Shown: positions 63,509-64,000 of the stretch, in pieces
How the letters are laid out: every line of letters begins with the position of its first letter
Position numbering within the stretch: the first letter of the stretch is position 1
DNA from: Octopus sinensis
Lineage: Eukaryota
DNA length: 64,000 bases
Assembly: GCF_006345805.1 (NCBI RefSeq)
Contig: NC_043002.1
Coordinates: forward strand, 98,766,001 to 98,830,000
Reading direction: 5' to 3'
Notes under the pieces: generated by a model
What the model was told of the DNA's origin: nothing
Seen by the model: the letters and a program-made list of their open reading frames with translations, nothing else
Databases searched by the model: none
Position numbers and translations under genes: made by a program

Positions 63509-64000
63509 ATGACAGATCTATCGGACTTTCAAAGAGGTCAAATTGTTAGTGCTCTTATGGCAGGCGCTATCGTAACGAAAACAGCCGAAATGTTAGGTGT
63601 ATCAAGACGTACTGTCTCTTAAGTAATGACAGCCTTTGAGAAAGAGGGAAAAACCTCCTCGTTGAAACAAAACTCCGGAAGAAAACCAAAACTTTCAGAC
63701 AGGGACCGTGTGATTCTTACGCGAAATGTTAGAAAGGATCACGAAAGTACAGCTCCCAAAATTACTGTAGAGCTTAATGAACACCTCGAGAAACCAGTTT
63801 CCACAAAAACTGTTCGCCGGGAGCTGCACAAAGCCGAATTTCACGGGAGGGCTGCAATCAGAAACTCACTACTTTCAAAAACAAACGTTGCAAAGCGTTT
63901 AGAGTGGAGTAAAAACCTACAGAATTGGTCCCTAGAGCAGTGGAAGCATGTTATTTTCTCGGACGAGTCATCATTTACCTTATTTCCGACCAACGGCTGA
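63509..64000 (+). pseudogene. Tc1-family transposase pseudogene (runs off the window)
   Basis: ATG at 63509: MTDLSDFQRGQIV...GVSRRTVS*VM...SGRKPKLSDRD...VSTKTVRRELHK...KRLEW...WKHVIFSDESSF; nonsense codons at 63620 and 63998. Confidence 0.93.

Overview
AT-rich, microsatellite-dense animal genomic DNA with no host protein-coding gene that I can support; it looks intronic or intergenic. The SINE repertoire and repeat density suggest a coleoid cephalopod such as Octopus (inference, no database search). Most ORFs in the track are artefacts of simple repeats. Real coding signal comes only from transposon relics. These are R4/Dong-type RLE LINEs sitting in (TAA)n, RTE LINE 3' ends (one with three C-terminal C2H2 fingers inside (TATG)n), Penelope-like elements (PLE; RT plus GIY-YIG and Cys-rich C-termini), one full-length and several partial mariners, a Tc1, and a Buster-type hAT with TSD. 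Non-coding repeats include four copies of a non-autonomous Helitron, a probable solo LTR with a 44-bp promoter-motif array, and four tRNA-derived SINE families. The most interesting signal is a set of unrelated short elements, mostly beside (TA)n, that carry hammerhead-ribozyme folds: a core-complete minimal hammerhead at 38069-38103 (-), a fold-back made of two back-to-back hammerheads at 36215-36459, and further intact-core or decayed copies. Several long hairpins and a perfect 182-bp inverted duplication are also present. Coordinates were read by eye and may be off by a few bases.
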